A stretch of 64,000 bases of DNA from Candidatus Nitrospinota bacterium M3_3B_026 (GCA_051418015.1 JBPRGF010000017.1:288001-352000), one strand, 5' to 3'; positions 28,103 to 38,282 are shown, counted from the first letter of the stretch. Notes: generated from the letters alone by a model not told the origin. Translations and numbers: made by a program.

Positions 28103-29494
28103 TTGAACATGCGAAAACTCTATCTTCCGCTCGTCCTGTCGGGCGCCTTTGTGTTCTTAGCGCAAAGCGCCTGGGCGACCAACGGGCACCAGATGATAGG
28201 CGTGGGAACCTATCAGAAGAGCATGGGCGGCGCCACCACCGCGGCGCCTTACGACACCACCTCGGCCGTGGCGAACCCGGCGGGCCTTGCCCTCATCAAC
28301 AGCAGGGCCGACCTCTCCTTCGAGGGCTTCATGCCCACGCGGACGGCGGACTTCGAGAACCTCGGCGGCGAGTCGAACCAGGGCGGCTCCCCGCTCTACC
28401 TCGTCCCCTCGGTGGGTATAGCGGCCCCCATCGGCGATGACCTCGTCTTCGGCATGGGGATGTTTTTAACCTCCGGGATGGGCGTCGACTACGACACCAT
28501 GGACGTCGCCCCCTTCAACGCCGTCATGGGCCAGCTCATGGGCGTGACTGACCCGTCCATGCTGGACATGACCATGTGGAAGGGCAACATTTACAGCCAG
28601 TACCAGTTCTGGAAGCTGGCGCCCTCCATCGCCAAGAGGATAAACGACAACCTCACCGTCGGCGTGGCGCTCAACGTCGACTACCAGCAGATGGGCTTCA
28701 AGCAAAAGTTCTTCGACCCCAACGACTCCTCAAGCTACATGGGCTATGACCTCTCCCGGGCCGTGGGAGCCCTCGGCTTCGGCCTGACGGCGGGGGTGAT
28801 CTACAAGGTCAACGACATGTTCCAGGTCGGAGCCACCTACATCTCCGAGCAGAGCTTCGGCGACATGGAGTACCGCCTCTCCGCGGGCGACATCGTTACC
28901 GTCCCGGACAAGATGGGCAACACGCTCGTAAACTCCGACGGGACCTACAGCCTGGGGCTCAACTTCCCGCAGCAGATCGCCGTCGGCGTGGCGGTGGCGC
29001 CCATCCAGAAGCTTAAGATCACGGCGGACGTGAAGTGGATAAACTTCAGCGCCACGTATGACGATCCGACGATCGACGGCGATTTCAACGTGGTCAACGC
29101 TCAGACCGGCCCCACGGGCCAGACCAAAAGCTCCGCCCCGCTGCCCTTCGGCTGGGACGACGTGATGGTCTACGCCCTTGGCGTCGAGTTCCAGGCCACC
29201 CCGGCGGTGACGCTGCGGGCGGGATACAACCACGGCGACTCGCCGATCAAGGAGGAGGACGTCTTCAACAACATGGCCTTCCCCGCCATCGTCCAGGACC
29301 ACCTCGCCCTCGGCGCGGCCTTCCGGCTGGGCGAGAACTGGGAGCTTGGCCTTGCCTTCATGAAGGCTTTCAAGAACGAGCTCGAAGGCAAGAAGGACAT
29401 GACAGTCCTCGGCCAGACGATGGACTCCGGCGCCAAGATGGCCCTGGAGGAGACGAGCCTGCTGGCCTCTGTCTCCTACAACATCGGCAGGTAG
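28103..29494 (+). CDS. OmpP1/FadL/TodX family outer-membrane channel
   Basis: Signal peptide AWA-TNG; SMGGA, NPAGL, GMGVDY, LRAGYN. Confidence 0.88.
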   Translation: MNMRKLYLPLVLSGAFVFLAQSAWATNGHQMIGVGTYQKSMGGATTAAPYDTTSAVANPAGLALINSRADLSFEGFMPTRTADFENLGGESNQGGSPLYLVPSVGIAAPIGDDLVFGMGMFLTSGMGVDYDTMDVAPFNAVMGQLMGVTDPSMLDMTMWKGNIYSQYQFWKLAPSIAKRINDNLTVGVALNVDYQQMGFKQKFFDPNDSSSYMGYDLSRAVGALGFGLTAGVIYKVNDMFQVGATYISEQSFGDMEYRLSAGDIVTVPDKMGNTLVNSDGTYSLGLNFPQQIAVGVAVAPIQKLKITADVKWINFSATYDDPTIDGDFNVVNAQTGPTGQTKSSAPLPFGWDDVMVYALGVEFQATPAVTLRAGYNHGDSPIKEEDVFNNMAFPAIVQDHLALGAAFRLGENWELGLAFMKAFKNELEGKKDMTVLGQTMDSGAKMALEETSLLASVSYNIGR

Positions 29495-29515
29495 AACCAG
29501 CTGTTATCGCTCAAC

Positions 29516-29551
29516 GAGGCGCCGGGGGATGACCTCCGGCGCCTTTTTTTT
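29516..29551 (+). terminator. Rho-independent terminator
   Basis: AGGCGCCGGGGG/CCTCCGGCGCCT stem and T8. Confidence 0.85.
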
Positions 29552-29711
29552 CGCGCCCGTCCGAATGAAGAAGCGCCGGGGGTGGAGCCAGTGAAAAATT
29601 TGCCCAAAACCAACGGCGCGGCATTATACGCTTGAAGCCCGGCGTGATAAGGGGCATCCTATGAAACCGGGGGGGGCGGCGCCGGGCCGTCCCTTTGCTT
29701 TCTGGAGGAGC

Positions 29712-30533
29712 ATGACGGAGACAGTGGGAAAGAGCGCCCTGGAGGCGGAGCTGGCAGAGCTTCGCCGAGGGGCCATAGACATGAACATTTCCTTCGCCAG
29801 GATGCCCCCTCTCCTCCGGCGCGTCCGTCTCCTCGCCCTGAATGCCGAGGTCACCTCCCACAGAATCGGCGACCTTGGAGTATCCTTCGGCGTGGTGGTG
29901 AAGGAAGTCAGCTCCATGGCCGCCGAGCTGCGGGAGCTTGTGGGCGAGGCCGAGGAAGCGCTATGGGAGATGGCGCGCCTCGTCGCGTTGTGGATGAGGT
30001 CCGGCCAGACGCTGCGCCTTGGCCAGCGCGCCGTGGACGCCGTCCGGCTGGCCGCCGCGGAGGATGATCCGGAAAAAGGGGGGGCTCCCGCTTTCGAATG
30101 GAAAGATACCCTGGAGCCCGGCGTTCTCGACGACTGGAAGGACAGGATGGAGACCGCCCTCGGAGGGGAGGGGGCCGAGAGCGTCCTGTGGCCGCTGATC
30201 CTGGGCGCGAGGGCGGAGATCATCAGGCTGCTGGTGGAGCTGGACACGGTGGCGGGGAGGCTCTCCTCGATGATAGAGAGGATCAACCTCGTCGCGGCCA
30301 GGAAAAGCGACTTCCTGGCGGTGTCGGCGATGATAGAGTCCGCCAGGACCGGCGAGGCCGGCGCGGACCTTGCGCCGGTGGCGGAGAGCATAAAGGCGCT
30401 TTCCGGCGACATAGCGGCGGTGGAGCGGGAGGCTTTCGACAAGGCCCGCTCGCTGCGCGGCCTGTCGCGCAGGATCAGGAGGAAGGCGCTGAAAACCATG
30501 ACAAGAGGGGGCCGAACAGGAGGAGAGGAATGA
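29712..30533 (+). CDS. Soluble MCP-signalling-like protein with two degenerate hairpin tips
   Basis: GGAGGAG RBS; LLALNAEVTSHRIG...FGVVVKEV and FLAVSAMIESARTGEAG...VAESIKALS; no TM. Confidence 0.7.
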   Translation: MTETVGKSALEAELAELRRGAIDMNISFARMPPLLRRVRLLALNAEVTSHRIGDLGVSFGVVVKEVSSMAAELRELVGEAEEALWEMARLVALWMRSGQTLRLGQRAVDAVRLAAAEDDPEKGGAPAFEWKDTLEPGVLDDWKDRMETALGGEGAESVLWPLILGARAEIIRLLVELDTVAGRLSSMIERINLVAARKSDFLAVSAMIESARTGEAGADLAPVAESIKALSGDIAAVEREAFDKARSLRGLSRRIRRKALKTMTRGGRTGGEE

Positions 30534-31279
30534 TAAGCGTCGAGCTTTACAACAGGCGCGGGCGGCGCTGGGTATACTTCGGCGGGGACAAGCGCCGCGC
30601 CAGCACGCTCATCGACACCAACGAATACCTCGTCGAAAACGGCGGCAAGGGGCTGCTGGCCGACCCGGGCGGCACGGAGATATTTCCCGCCGTCGTGGCC
30701 GCCGTCTCAAGAAAGATAAGGATCGCGGACATAGAGGCCATTTTCGCCTCCCACCAGGACCCGGACATCGTATCGTCCCTGTCGCTCTGGATGGGGCTTA
30801 TCGACGGGCTGGATGTCTACGCATCGTGGGTGTGGAAGCTTTTCATCCCCCACTTCGCCGGGGGCGCCGCCATCCGCGCCATACCGGACGAGGGCATGAC
30901 GATTCCCCTCGGCGGTTCGAGCGATCTCGTGGCCGTTCCGGCCCACTACCTGCACTCCTCGGGCAATTTCAATCTCTACGACCCGCAGGCCAAAATTCTC
31001 TTTTCAGGCGACATCGGCGCGGCCCTCATGCCGGAGGGGGAGGTGTTCGTGAAGGATTTCGGCGGACACACGCAGTACATGGAAGGGTTCCACAAGCGCT
31101 GGATGCCCTCCAACACCGCCAAAAACGACTGGGTAAGAAGGGTGAGGGACCTCGACGTGGAGATCATGGCCCCCCAGCACGGCGCAATCTTCCGTGGTGA
31201 CGACGTAAAACGTTTCCTGGACTGGTTCGAGGCCCTGGAGGTGGGCTCGGCCGTCCGGATGGAAAAGGGGGAAAGCTAA
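30530..31279 (+). CDS. Oxygen-binding di-iron protein (ODP)-like metallo-beta-lactamase fold protein
   Basis: DPGG, SHQDPDI, AHYLHSSGNF, FSGDIG, FHKRWM, APQHG; ATGA overlap with the upstream gene. Confidence 0.82.
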   Translation: MISVELYNRRGRRWVYFGGDKRRASTLIDTNEYLVENGGKGLLADPGGTEIFPAVVAAVSRKIRIADIEAIFASHQDPDIVSSLSLWMGLIDGLDVYASWVWKLFIPHFAGGAAIRAIPDEGMTIPLGGSSDLVAVPAHYLHSSGNFNLYDPQAKILFSGDIGAALMPEGEVFVKDFGGHTQYMEGFHKRWMPSNTAKNDWVRRVRDLDVEIMAPQHGAIFRGDDVKRFLDWFEALEVGSAVRMEKGES

Positions 31280-31361
31280 GCCCCTTAAAGCCGCGCCGCC
31301 GTGTGCGAAAAACGGGGTCAGGTCTCGTGTCTTGACACTTTGCCGGCGCCCCCGCGCCGCG

Positions 31362-33359
31362 TCAGGCCGGTTGGGCGGCGTGGCGGGCGAGGAACCTTTT
31401 CTTTTCGCGCCGGTCGGGCCACATGGCCAATATGGCGCCGATGGACATCATCAGCCCGCCGAGCCACAGCCACTTGACGAGAGGGTTTATGTGCACCTTG
31501 AAGGTGGCGGAGCCGTCCTCGTTCAGGGCGGCGAAGATTACGTAGAGGTCTTCTATATAGGTGGTGTGAATCGCCACCTCCGAAGTGGGCTGGGGCTGGG
31601 TGTCGCCCCTTATGCCCTTCATGTAATGGATGTTCCTCTCCGGCAGGACGTAGCCGATCTTCTCCCCGTCCTTTTCCACGAGCAGCGTGGCGCTGAAGCT
31701 CTCCAGCGTCTCCTTCGGCTTTTCGTAGTCGTACTTGTAGAAGGTCAGGGTGTAGTCCTTTATCTGTATTTTGTCACCCGGCCGGATGTTCGCCTCCGTC
31801 TCCTGGTTGAACCACGAGCCGGTGAAGCCCATGAAGGCGAAGATGACCCCGATGTGGATGATGTAGCCGCCGTAGCGCCTCTTGTTCCTCCAGAGCAGGT
31901 TCGCCGCGGCCAGCAGGAGGTTCTCCTTCGCCGAGACGGCGCGGGCGCGGACGCCCCTGGCCGTGTCCATCAGGATCGTAGACGCCACGAACAGGCAGAT
32001 GGTGAGGCTTATCCAGGGCAGCGGGTCGCGGACGCCGAGGATGGCTATGGCCGCGCCCCCGATGATCGTGACCGCCGCCGGGGTGAGGAAGTTTTTCTCT
32101 GTGTTCCTCCAGCTGGCCTTGCGCCAGGCGATGAGGGGGCATATCCCGGTGAGGGTCAGCAGCGCAAGGCCGATGGGCCCCATCACCTGGTTGAAAAAGG
32201 GCGGGCCGACGGTGATCTCACGCCCAGCGAAAAGCTCCGATATCCTCGGGAACATCGTCCCCCAGAAGACCGCGAAGGCCGCGCCGACGAGCAGGAGATT
32301 GTTGAACAGAAAGGAGGCCTCCCGGGAGAGCACCGAGTCCAGCCTGTTCTCGCTTCGAAGCAGCGGCAGGCGGGTCACTATCATGTAGGTGGAGAAGGCG
32401 ATTATCACCAGCAAAAAGACCAGGAAGAAAGACCCCACCGTCGACTCGCCGAAGGAGTGGACGGAGGATATCAGCCCCGAGCGGGTGAGGAACGTTCCGA
32501 AGATGGTCAGCGCGAAGGTGGCCGTCACCAGCGTCATGTTCCAGGTCTTGAGCATGTCCTTTTTCTCCTGGATCATGACAGAGTGCAGGAAAGCCGTGCC
32601 CGTAAGCCACGGCATGAACGAGGCGTTCTCCACCGGGTCCCACGCCCAATAGCCGCCCCAGCCAAGCTCCACGTAGGCCCAGTTGGCCCCCAGCAGGTTG
32701 CCCAGGGTCAGGAAGAGCCAGGCGAAGATGGTCCACCTGCGGGTGGTGCGTATCCAGACGTCGCCGAGCTGGCCGGTGATGAGCGCGGACATGGCAAAGG
32801 CGTAGGGGATGGTGAAGGCCACGAACCCGACGTAGAGCGTCGGCGGGTGGAAGATCATCCCAGGGTTCTGCAGCATGGGGTTCAGCCCGTGCCCGTCGGG
32901 GGGCAGGACGGGCATTTTCTCGAAGACAGGCGAGGCGAAGACCATCAGCGAGGCGAACAGCACCAGCGTCACCGATATCATCGATACCACGTATGGCATC
33001 AGCGCGCGGTTCATGGCGCGGTTCTGCCAGACGACGATCACCGAAAAAAGCCCCAGCATCCACGCCCACAAAAGCAGCGAGCCCTTCTGCCCGGCCCAGA
33101 AGGCCGAAAGGGTGTAGAAAGGGTTAAGCTCCCTGTTGGTGTAACTGTATATGTACTCTATGGAGAAATCGTTGGTGTAAAGCGCGTAGAGCAGCGCCGC
33201 GGAGGCCAGGGTGTGCAGCGTAAAGACGGAGACCAGCGCGTACTCCGAGCTTTTCACCATCCGCGCCGAGCCGGTCCTCCCTCCCCACGCGGACACCACC
33301 GCCGCGTAGACAGAGACCATCAGGGACAGGACCAGCGAGTACTCGCCTATCTCTATCAT
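31362..33359 (-). CDS. ccmF: Cytochrome c heme lyase CcmF
   Basis: WAGQKGSLLLW, HPP, WAYVELGWGGYWAWDPVEN, SVHSF. Confidence 0.97.
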   Translation of the reverse strand: MIEIGEYSLVLSLMVSVYAAVVSAWGGRTGSARMVKSSEYALVSVFTLHTLASAALLYALYTNDFSIEYIYSYTNRELNPFYTLSAFWAGQKGSLLLWAWMLGLFSVIVVWQNRAMNRALMPYVVSMISVTLVLFASLMVFASPVFEKMPVLPPDGHGLNPMLQNPGMIFHPPTLYVGFVAFTIPYAFAMSALITGQLGDVWIRTTRRWTIFAWLFLTLGNLLGANWAYVELGWGGYWAWDPVENASFMPWLTGTAFLHSVMIQEKKDMLKTWNMTLVTATFALTIFGTFLTRSGLISSVHSFGESTVGSFFLVFLLVIIAFSTYMIVTRLPLLRSENRLDSVLSREASFLFNNLLLVGAAFAVFWGTMFPRISELFAGREITVGPPFFNQVMGPIGLALLTLTGICPLIAWRKASWRNTEKNFLTPAAVTIIGGAAIAILGVRDPLPWISLTICLFVASTILMDTARGVRARAVSAKENLLLAAANLLWRNKRRYGGYIIHIGVIFAFMGFTGSWFNQETEANIRPGDKIQIKDYTLTFYKYDYEKPKETLESFSATLLVEKDGEKIGYVLPERNIHYMKGIRGDTQPQPTSEVAIHTTYIEDLYVIFAALNEDGSATFKVHINPLVKWLWLGGLMMSIGAILAMWPDRREKKRFLARHAAQPA

Positions 33360-33476
33360 TTCAAAAAACCTTCAATACGGCCGTCGTGGCGCGGCGGACA
33401 GAGCGGGGAGCGCCGTCCGGTTCTGAAAATATGAGCGCCGCGAAAAGCCTTCGTCAGTATGAGCCGGGTCTCTTCG

Positions 33477-33908
33477 TCAGACGGACCCTTCCACCTCTTT
33501 GGAGGCCTCGTACTTGGATGGGCAGCTCGTAAGGAGCTTCGTGGCGATGAACTTGCCGCTCTTGTCGAGCGTTCCCTCCACCACCACGTCTATGCCGTCC
33601 TGGAACATGTCCGGCGTCACACCCTTGTAGTAAACCGGAATGGACTTGTCCGACTCGTCGGTTATGTTGAAAAGCAACTCCAGATCCGCCGTGTTCCTCT
33701 CTATGGAGCCTTCCACGACCCTGCCCTCGAGCCGCAACGAGGCCCCTTGGGCGCCCTGGCCCATGTCGAGGACCTCGGACACCTTGTAATAGTAGGAGCC
33801 GCTGGCCTTCACGCCGGTGTACATCAAGTACCCTATGGCGGCCACAAGTATCGCCGCGCCGGCCAGGAATTTCTTCTGGGCCGCGCCGGGCTTCGCGGAT
33901 TTCGCCAT
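33477..33908 (-). CDS. ccmE: Heme chaperone CcmE, Cys variant
   Basis: N-terminal TM; PDMF...VVVEG...CPSKY. Confidence 0.93.
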   Translation of the reverse strand: MAKSAKPGAAQKKFLAGAAILVAAIGYLMYTGVKASGSYYYKVSEVLDMGQGAQGASLRLEGRVVEGSIERNTADLELLFNITDESDKSIPVYYKGVTPDMFQDGIDVVVEGTLDKSGKFIATKLLTSCPSKYEASKEVEGSV

Positions 33909-33946
33909 CAAACCTCCATGAGACTGCTTTGACGCTCTACATCAAA

Positions 33947-33975
33947 ATCGTATACCAGCCGCGCCGGGCTTTCAA
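33947..33975 (-). promoter_or_regulatory. Sigma-70 promoter of ccmEF
   Basis: TTGAAA-N17-TACGAT. Confidence 0.55.
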
Positions 33976-34199
33976 CATTTTTCAGCTTTCCCGCCTCCGG
34001 AGGGGCCGATAAAGAAAGCTTGGCATAACCTGTCCCCAATCGTCCACTGGCGCCGTCCTGAACGGAGCCCGCGCCCAAAACGAAATGAAGGGACCGTCAT
34101 CCTAAAGGCGCCGCGGACTGACTTCTTTTGCGGTTCGGGTGTATAATCGCCACCGGGAAAGGTTTTCCGTCATCCAGGCTATACACCGGTTTCGAGAGC

Positions 34200-34778
34200 A
34201 TGGAAGATTCTTTCAAAAGACCCGCCGCGGTCACTATCATCGGGATGCTTTACGTCCTGTTCGGCTCCCTCCTCGCGACCGGCTCCGCGCTGAACTTCGC
34301 GATGATGCGCCACCTGTCGCCCATGATCCCCCCGGGCGCTCTCAGGGGCCGCCGCCGCGGCGGCATGGAGGGGGCGCATGAGGACATCAGGCTCATGTTC
34401 GATTTTCTCGACGGCGTTTTCGCCTATCGCGACCTCATCACGGCCGCCGTGTTCGCGACGGGTGTCGTGATGGTCTTCGCGGCCGTTGGCTTTCTGAGGC
34501 TGCGCCCCTGGGGGAGGACGACGCTGGAGGCGATAACGTGGCTTGTGTTCGCGGGCGTGCTTTGCACGGGTCTGTTCTGGCTGGGCATGATGTTCTCCAT
34601 CCGCGGCGCGGCGGTCCCGGAGGCGGGGCGGATGGCGGAGGAGTTCCCCTTCACCCCGAGGCTCTTCGGCTCGCTGATGATGGTCTTCGGCGGAGTCATG
34701 ACGCTGATCCACACCGCCATCCCGGGGGTTTTCATCCTGCTTCTGAGGATGAAGTCTGTCAGGGAGGCGATGCGCTGA
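34200..34778 (+). CDS. Hypothetical 4-TM membrane protein
   Basis: Four hydrophobic segments; start ATG 34200. Confidence 0.7.
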   Translation: MEDSFKRPAAVTIIGMLYVLFGSLLATGSALNFAMMRHLSPMIPPGALRGRRRGGMEGAHEDIRLMFDFLDGVFAYRDLITAAVFATGVVMVFAAVGFLRLRPWGRTTLEAITWLVFAGVLCTGLFWLGMMFSIRGAAVPEAGRMAEEFPFTPRLFGSLMMVFGGVMTLIHTAIPGVFILLLRMKSVREAMR

Positions 34779-35308
34779 TGTTGAGATTCCAGCCCCCCGG
34801 AGAGGCCCCTCCGGCCGTCCTGATCCTGGGCTGGTCCTGCGTCCTCGTCGCGGCTTTCGTCCTGATAAGCAACGCGGGCGAGCTTATGGGCGGCTACAGG
34901 CCGGTCTCCGTCATGCTGTGGGGGAGCGGAAAACTTCACGACGCCCTGATGAGCAGGATGCCGCTCCACATCGAGAACTGGCTCCTTTTCCGGACGCTCT
35001 CGAACATCCTCCAGATAGCCGCCATGTCCGCGGCGGTCTTCGCCGCGCTCAAGTTCCTCCAGCTGAAGGAGTGGGGCAGGCGCTTCCTGGAGCAGGTGAT
35101 CTGGTTCGAGTTGGTCTTCCAGGCCAGCTCCAGGCTCTACTACCTGGTCAACATATCAAGCTTCGTCCCCGCCGAGGCCGCCGCCCAGGCCGGGGGCTCC
35201 GGCCCCGTCACGACATGGATGGTGGCCGGGCTCGGCTCCTGGGTGATATTCTGCGCGCTCGTTCTCTGGTACCTTTCGAGCGGCAGGGTAAAAGACGCCA
35301 TGCGATGA
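34778..35308 (+). CDS. Hypothetical 4-TM membrane protein, paralogous to the preceding gene
   Basis: TGATG coupling; shares FLxLxxWGRxxLE and VxxAMR* with the upstream protein. Confidence 0.7.
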   Translation: MLRFQPPGEAPPAVLILGWSCVLVAAFVLISNAGELMGGYRPVSVMLWGSGKLHDALMSRMPLHIENWLLFRTLSNILQIAAMSAAVFAALKFLQLKEWGRRFLEQVIWFELVFQASSRLYYLVNISSFVPAEAAAQAGGSGPVTTWMVAGLGSWVIFCALVLWYLSSGRVKDAMR

Positions 35309-35450
35309 GCGCGGCGCCGCCGGGCGGGGGCTGGTTTGCCCTTGCGCCATGCCCGTATTTTTGCTCTACTTTGCTGGGGAAAGGCTATGACAAACCGGCC
35401 GCGCCCTTTTATTCATCGCGCTTGAGAAACCCGCTTCATCCAGGGACGTC

Positions 35451-36293
35451 ATGAGAGGCCGCTTCGCTCTGGACGCAAGACGCCCCCCGGTCATCATCCT
35501 GGGGATGCACCGCTCCGGCACGTCCATGCTCGCGGGGCTGCTGAAAGAGCTCGGGGTGAGCATGGGGTGGAGCAAGCGGCACAACGAATCGGTCCTTTTC
35601 CAGAGGCTGAACATCGCCGTGGAGCGCGCCCTCAACGCGGGGTGGGACAGCCCGGAGAGCTACCGCTGGCTTTCCGTCTGCCACGGCAAAAAAGACGAGT
35701 TGCTGGCATGGCTCAAGAAAAGGGTTGAGGGCGCGCGGGGAGGGCTTTATTTCGGCAGGCTCGGGCCTCTCGCTTTCAAGCGGGTAAGCTCTATCGACGG
35801 ACCCTGGGGCTGGAAGGACCCGCGCAACACCTTCACCTTCGACCTGTGGCGCGAGATATTCCCCGGCGCAAAGGTTATACACATCATGCGAAACGGCGTG
35901 GACGTGGCCGCGAGCCTGCGCAAAAGGGAGACGGAGAACCCGCCGCGGCTTTTCAGCGTCTATTCGTCCTTTCGCGCCTGCTCGCTGGAAGGGGGGTTCT
36001 CGCTCTGGAAAGCCTATGTGGAGAGAGCGCGCTCCATCGTCCCGGACGGCGGTGAAAAAGACATCCTCCATCTGCGCTACGAGGATTTCCTGTCGGCCCC
36101 CGCCGGGCGCCTCGGCGAGATCCTCGATTTCATAGGCGCGTCCGCGCCGCGCGGGGCGATCGAACGGGCGGTAAGCGAGGTGGACACATCGCGGCTCTAC
36201 CCTTTCCTCGGCGACGGGGAGCTGCGCGCCTTTTACGAGAGCGTAAGGAACGACCCTTTGATGAAAGACCTTGGCTACGGCGAAATAGGCTGA
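35451..36293 (+). CDS. Sulfotransferase family protein
   Basis: GMHRSGTS (5'-PSB-like), WGWKDPR, RNGVDVAAS, LRYEDF. Confidence 0.88.
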   Translation: MRGRFALDARRPPVIILGMHRSGTSMLAGLLKELGVSMGWSKRHNESVLFQRLNIAVERALNAGWDSPESYRWLSVCHGKKDELLAWLKKRVEGARGGLYFGRLGPLAFKRVSSIDGPWGWKDPRNTFTFDLWREIFPGAKVIHIMRNGVDVAASLRKRETENPPRLFSVYSSFRACSLEGGFSLWKAYVERARSIVPDGGEKDILHLRYEDFLSAPAGRLGEILDFIGASAPRGAIERAVSEVDTSRLYPFLGDGELRAFYESVRNDPLMKDLGYGEIG

Positions 36294-36303
36294 GGATTTT
36301 GCG

Positions 36304-37164
36304 ATGAGCCGGAAAGAGAACGCGGAGCTTTGCGTCCTGATATTGCAGCACAACTCCACGGATCTCACGTTGAATCTGCTGGAAAGTGTCGTTCAACATG
36401 AGCGGGAAAACCTCGGCGGGTACCGCTTCATCCTGATGGACAACGCCTCCGACGACCCTGGAGAGAAGACGATAAAGCGCCGGTTCCCTTTCGTGGAGTT
36501 CGTCCGGTTCGATGAGAACCTCGGCTTCGCCCGGGCGCACAACAGGATATGGCCCAGCGTCAAGGAGGAGTGGGCCCTGCTCCTCAACAACGACTGCGTC
36601 CTTTTAAACGACGCCATATCCAGAACCCTCGGCAAAACCAAAGAGCTGTCCGCGGACTTCGCCACCTGCGCGGTCTTCAACGAGGACATGACGCCCCAGG
36701 TAAACTTCCACCTGTCAGAGCTCCCAACGTCCCTGTGGGAGTACCTCCGCCACGTGACCGGCCTGCAGAGCCTGCTTCTGAACAGGATGAAGCTGAGAAA
36801 AGAGAATGTACGGCTGGATTACGCCAGCGGAACGTTCCTGCTCATCCGGCGGGACGTCTTCACGAAGGCGGGGATGTTCGACGAGAGCCATTTCATGTAC
36901 GGCGAGGACGTAGACCTCATGTTTCGCCTGAAAAAGATGGGAGCGGAGGGATACCGCTTCGCCGGCGGAAAGGTGGTCCACCTGAACCAGGCCAGCTCGA
37001 AAAGAAAGTGGGACGACGAGACCATCTACCAGACAAGGAAAAGGGAGCGGGAGCGGATATTCCTGCGCTACATGCCCGCGTGGAGGGTCCGGCTCTGGCA
37101 GTTTCTGAACGATCTGCGGCGGGCGGCGATCAGGACCGCCGGAAGACGCCCGCCGGGGTCATGA
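36304..37164 (+). CDS. Glycosyltransferase family 2
   Basis: DNAS, ENLGFA, LLNND, FDESHFMYGEDVD. Confidence 0.9.
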   Translation: MSRKENAELCVLILQHNSTDLTLNLLESVVQHERENLGGYRFILMDNASDDPGEKTIKRRFPFVEFVRFDENLGFARAHNRIWPSVKEEWALLLNNDCVLLNDAISRTLGKTKELSADFATCAVFNEDMTPQVNFHLSELPTSLWEYLRHVTGLQSLLLNRMKLRKENVRLDYASGTFLLIRRDVFTKAGMFDESHFMYGEDVDLMFRLKKMGAEGYRFAGGKVVHLNQASSKRKWDDETIYQTRKRERERIFLRYMPAWRVRLWQFLNDLRRAAIRTAGRRPPGS

Positions 37165-37201
37165 AAAAGGCGGCCCCGCCCGCAAGCGGAAGCCGCCCTT
37201 T
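37164..37201. terminator. Probable bidirectional terminator between convergent GT2 and atpE
   Basis: A tract, GGCGGC...GCCGCC stem, T tract. Confidence 0.55.
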
Positions 37202-37221
37202 ATCCTGTCCCCGCGCCGGTT

Positions 37222-37560
37222 TTAAAGGAACGGGTTGGCGTACAAAAGAAGCAGGACGATGACCAGCGTGTAGATGACCAGCGACTCGATAAGCGCAAGG
37301 CCGATCAACATGCTGGTGAAGATGCGCCCGTAGAAGCCGGGGTTGCGGGACATCGCGCTCACCGCGCCGGAGACGGCGCTGCCCATCCCCACGCCGCCGC
37401 CTGCGGCGGCGAGGCCAAGGCCGATGACGCAGCCCAGGGCCACGTAGGTGTTGATCCCCCCTCCTCCTCCGGCTCCTCCCTCGGCGGCGAAGGCTTCCGG
37501 AGCGATTAAAACTGCCGCCAGCGAACCGAGAACGGCGGCGATCATGCGACTTTTACTCAC
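37222..37560 (-). CDS. atpE: F0F1 ATP synthase subunit c with N-terminal extension
   Basis: GTG start after GGGAGG; GLAAAGGGVGMG, RNP, LALIESLVIY, YANPF. Confidence 0.93.
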   Translation of the reverse strand: MSKSRMIAAVLGSLAAVLIAPEAFAAEGGAGGGGGINTYVALGCVIGLGLAAAGGGVGMGSAVSGAVSAMSRNPGFYGRIFTSMLIGLALIESLVIYTLVIVLLLLYANPFL

Positions 37561-37619
37561 CTTGAATATCCTCCCTGAGAAAAGAAAGCGTCTTTCCGTA
37601 ATAACTTTACGTTTCATGT

Positions 37620-38282
37620 TCAGTGCGCCTCCTCCAGCGCCCCTGCTATGTAAACCATCGAAAGCAGGATGAACACCACCGTCTGCAACACGCTTGTGAA
37701 GACAGCGAAGGCCATCATGAACATCGGCAGCACGAGCGGCACCAGGAAACCCAGCACAAGGATAACAAGCTCCTCGCCCCGGATGTTGCCGAAAAGCCGG
37801 ACCGCCAGCGTCAGCGGCCTGGCCAGATGCGAGATGACCTCGATGGGAAACATCAGCGGCGCAAGCCACCAGACGGGGCCCATGAAGTGTTTTATGTATC
37901 CTGCCCCGTGCCTGCGGAAACCGGCCGCCTGGTAGACGATGAAAACCGTTATCGCCATGGCGAAGTTGGTGTTCACGTTCGCCGTGGGCGAGACGCACCC
38001 CGGCACGAGCCCCAGAAGGTTGCCCACCAGGATGAAAAAGGCCAGCGCCCCTATCAGCGGGAAGAATACGCGGCCGTCCTTGCCTATCACGGAGTCCGTG
38101 AACTCCGCGAGTCCCACCACCGCCGTCTCGACCACGTTCTGCAGCCCGCCGGGGACGAGCCTGTACGCGCCACGCAAAAACAAGGCCAGCGCCATGAACC
38201 CGATCATTATCACCCACGTGTAGGTAACGTGGGGGTAATGCTCCAGCCCCGGGATGACTATATAGTTAACAGGCTCTTTCAT
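37620..38282 (-). CDS. atpB: F0F1 ATP synthase subunit a
   Basis: GGAGGAG RBS; PGGLQN, SPTAN, ARPLTLAVRLFGNI, LQTVVF. Confidence 0.95.
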   Translation of the reverse strand: MKEPVNYIVIPGLEHYPHVTYTWVIMIGFMALALFLRGAYRLVPGGLQNVVETAVVGLAEFTDSVIGKDGRVFFPLIGALAFFILVGNLLGLVPGCVSPTANVNTNFAMAITVFIVYQAAGFRRHGAGYIKHFMGPVWWLAPLMFPIEVISHLARPLTLAVRLFGNIRGEELVILVLGFLVPLVLPMFMMAFAVFTSVLQTVVFILLSMVYIAGALEEAH

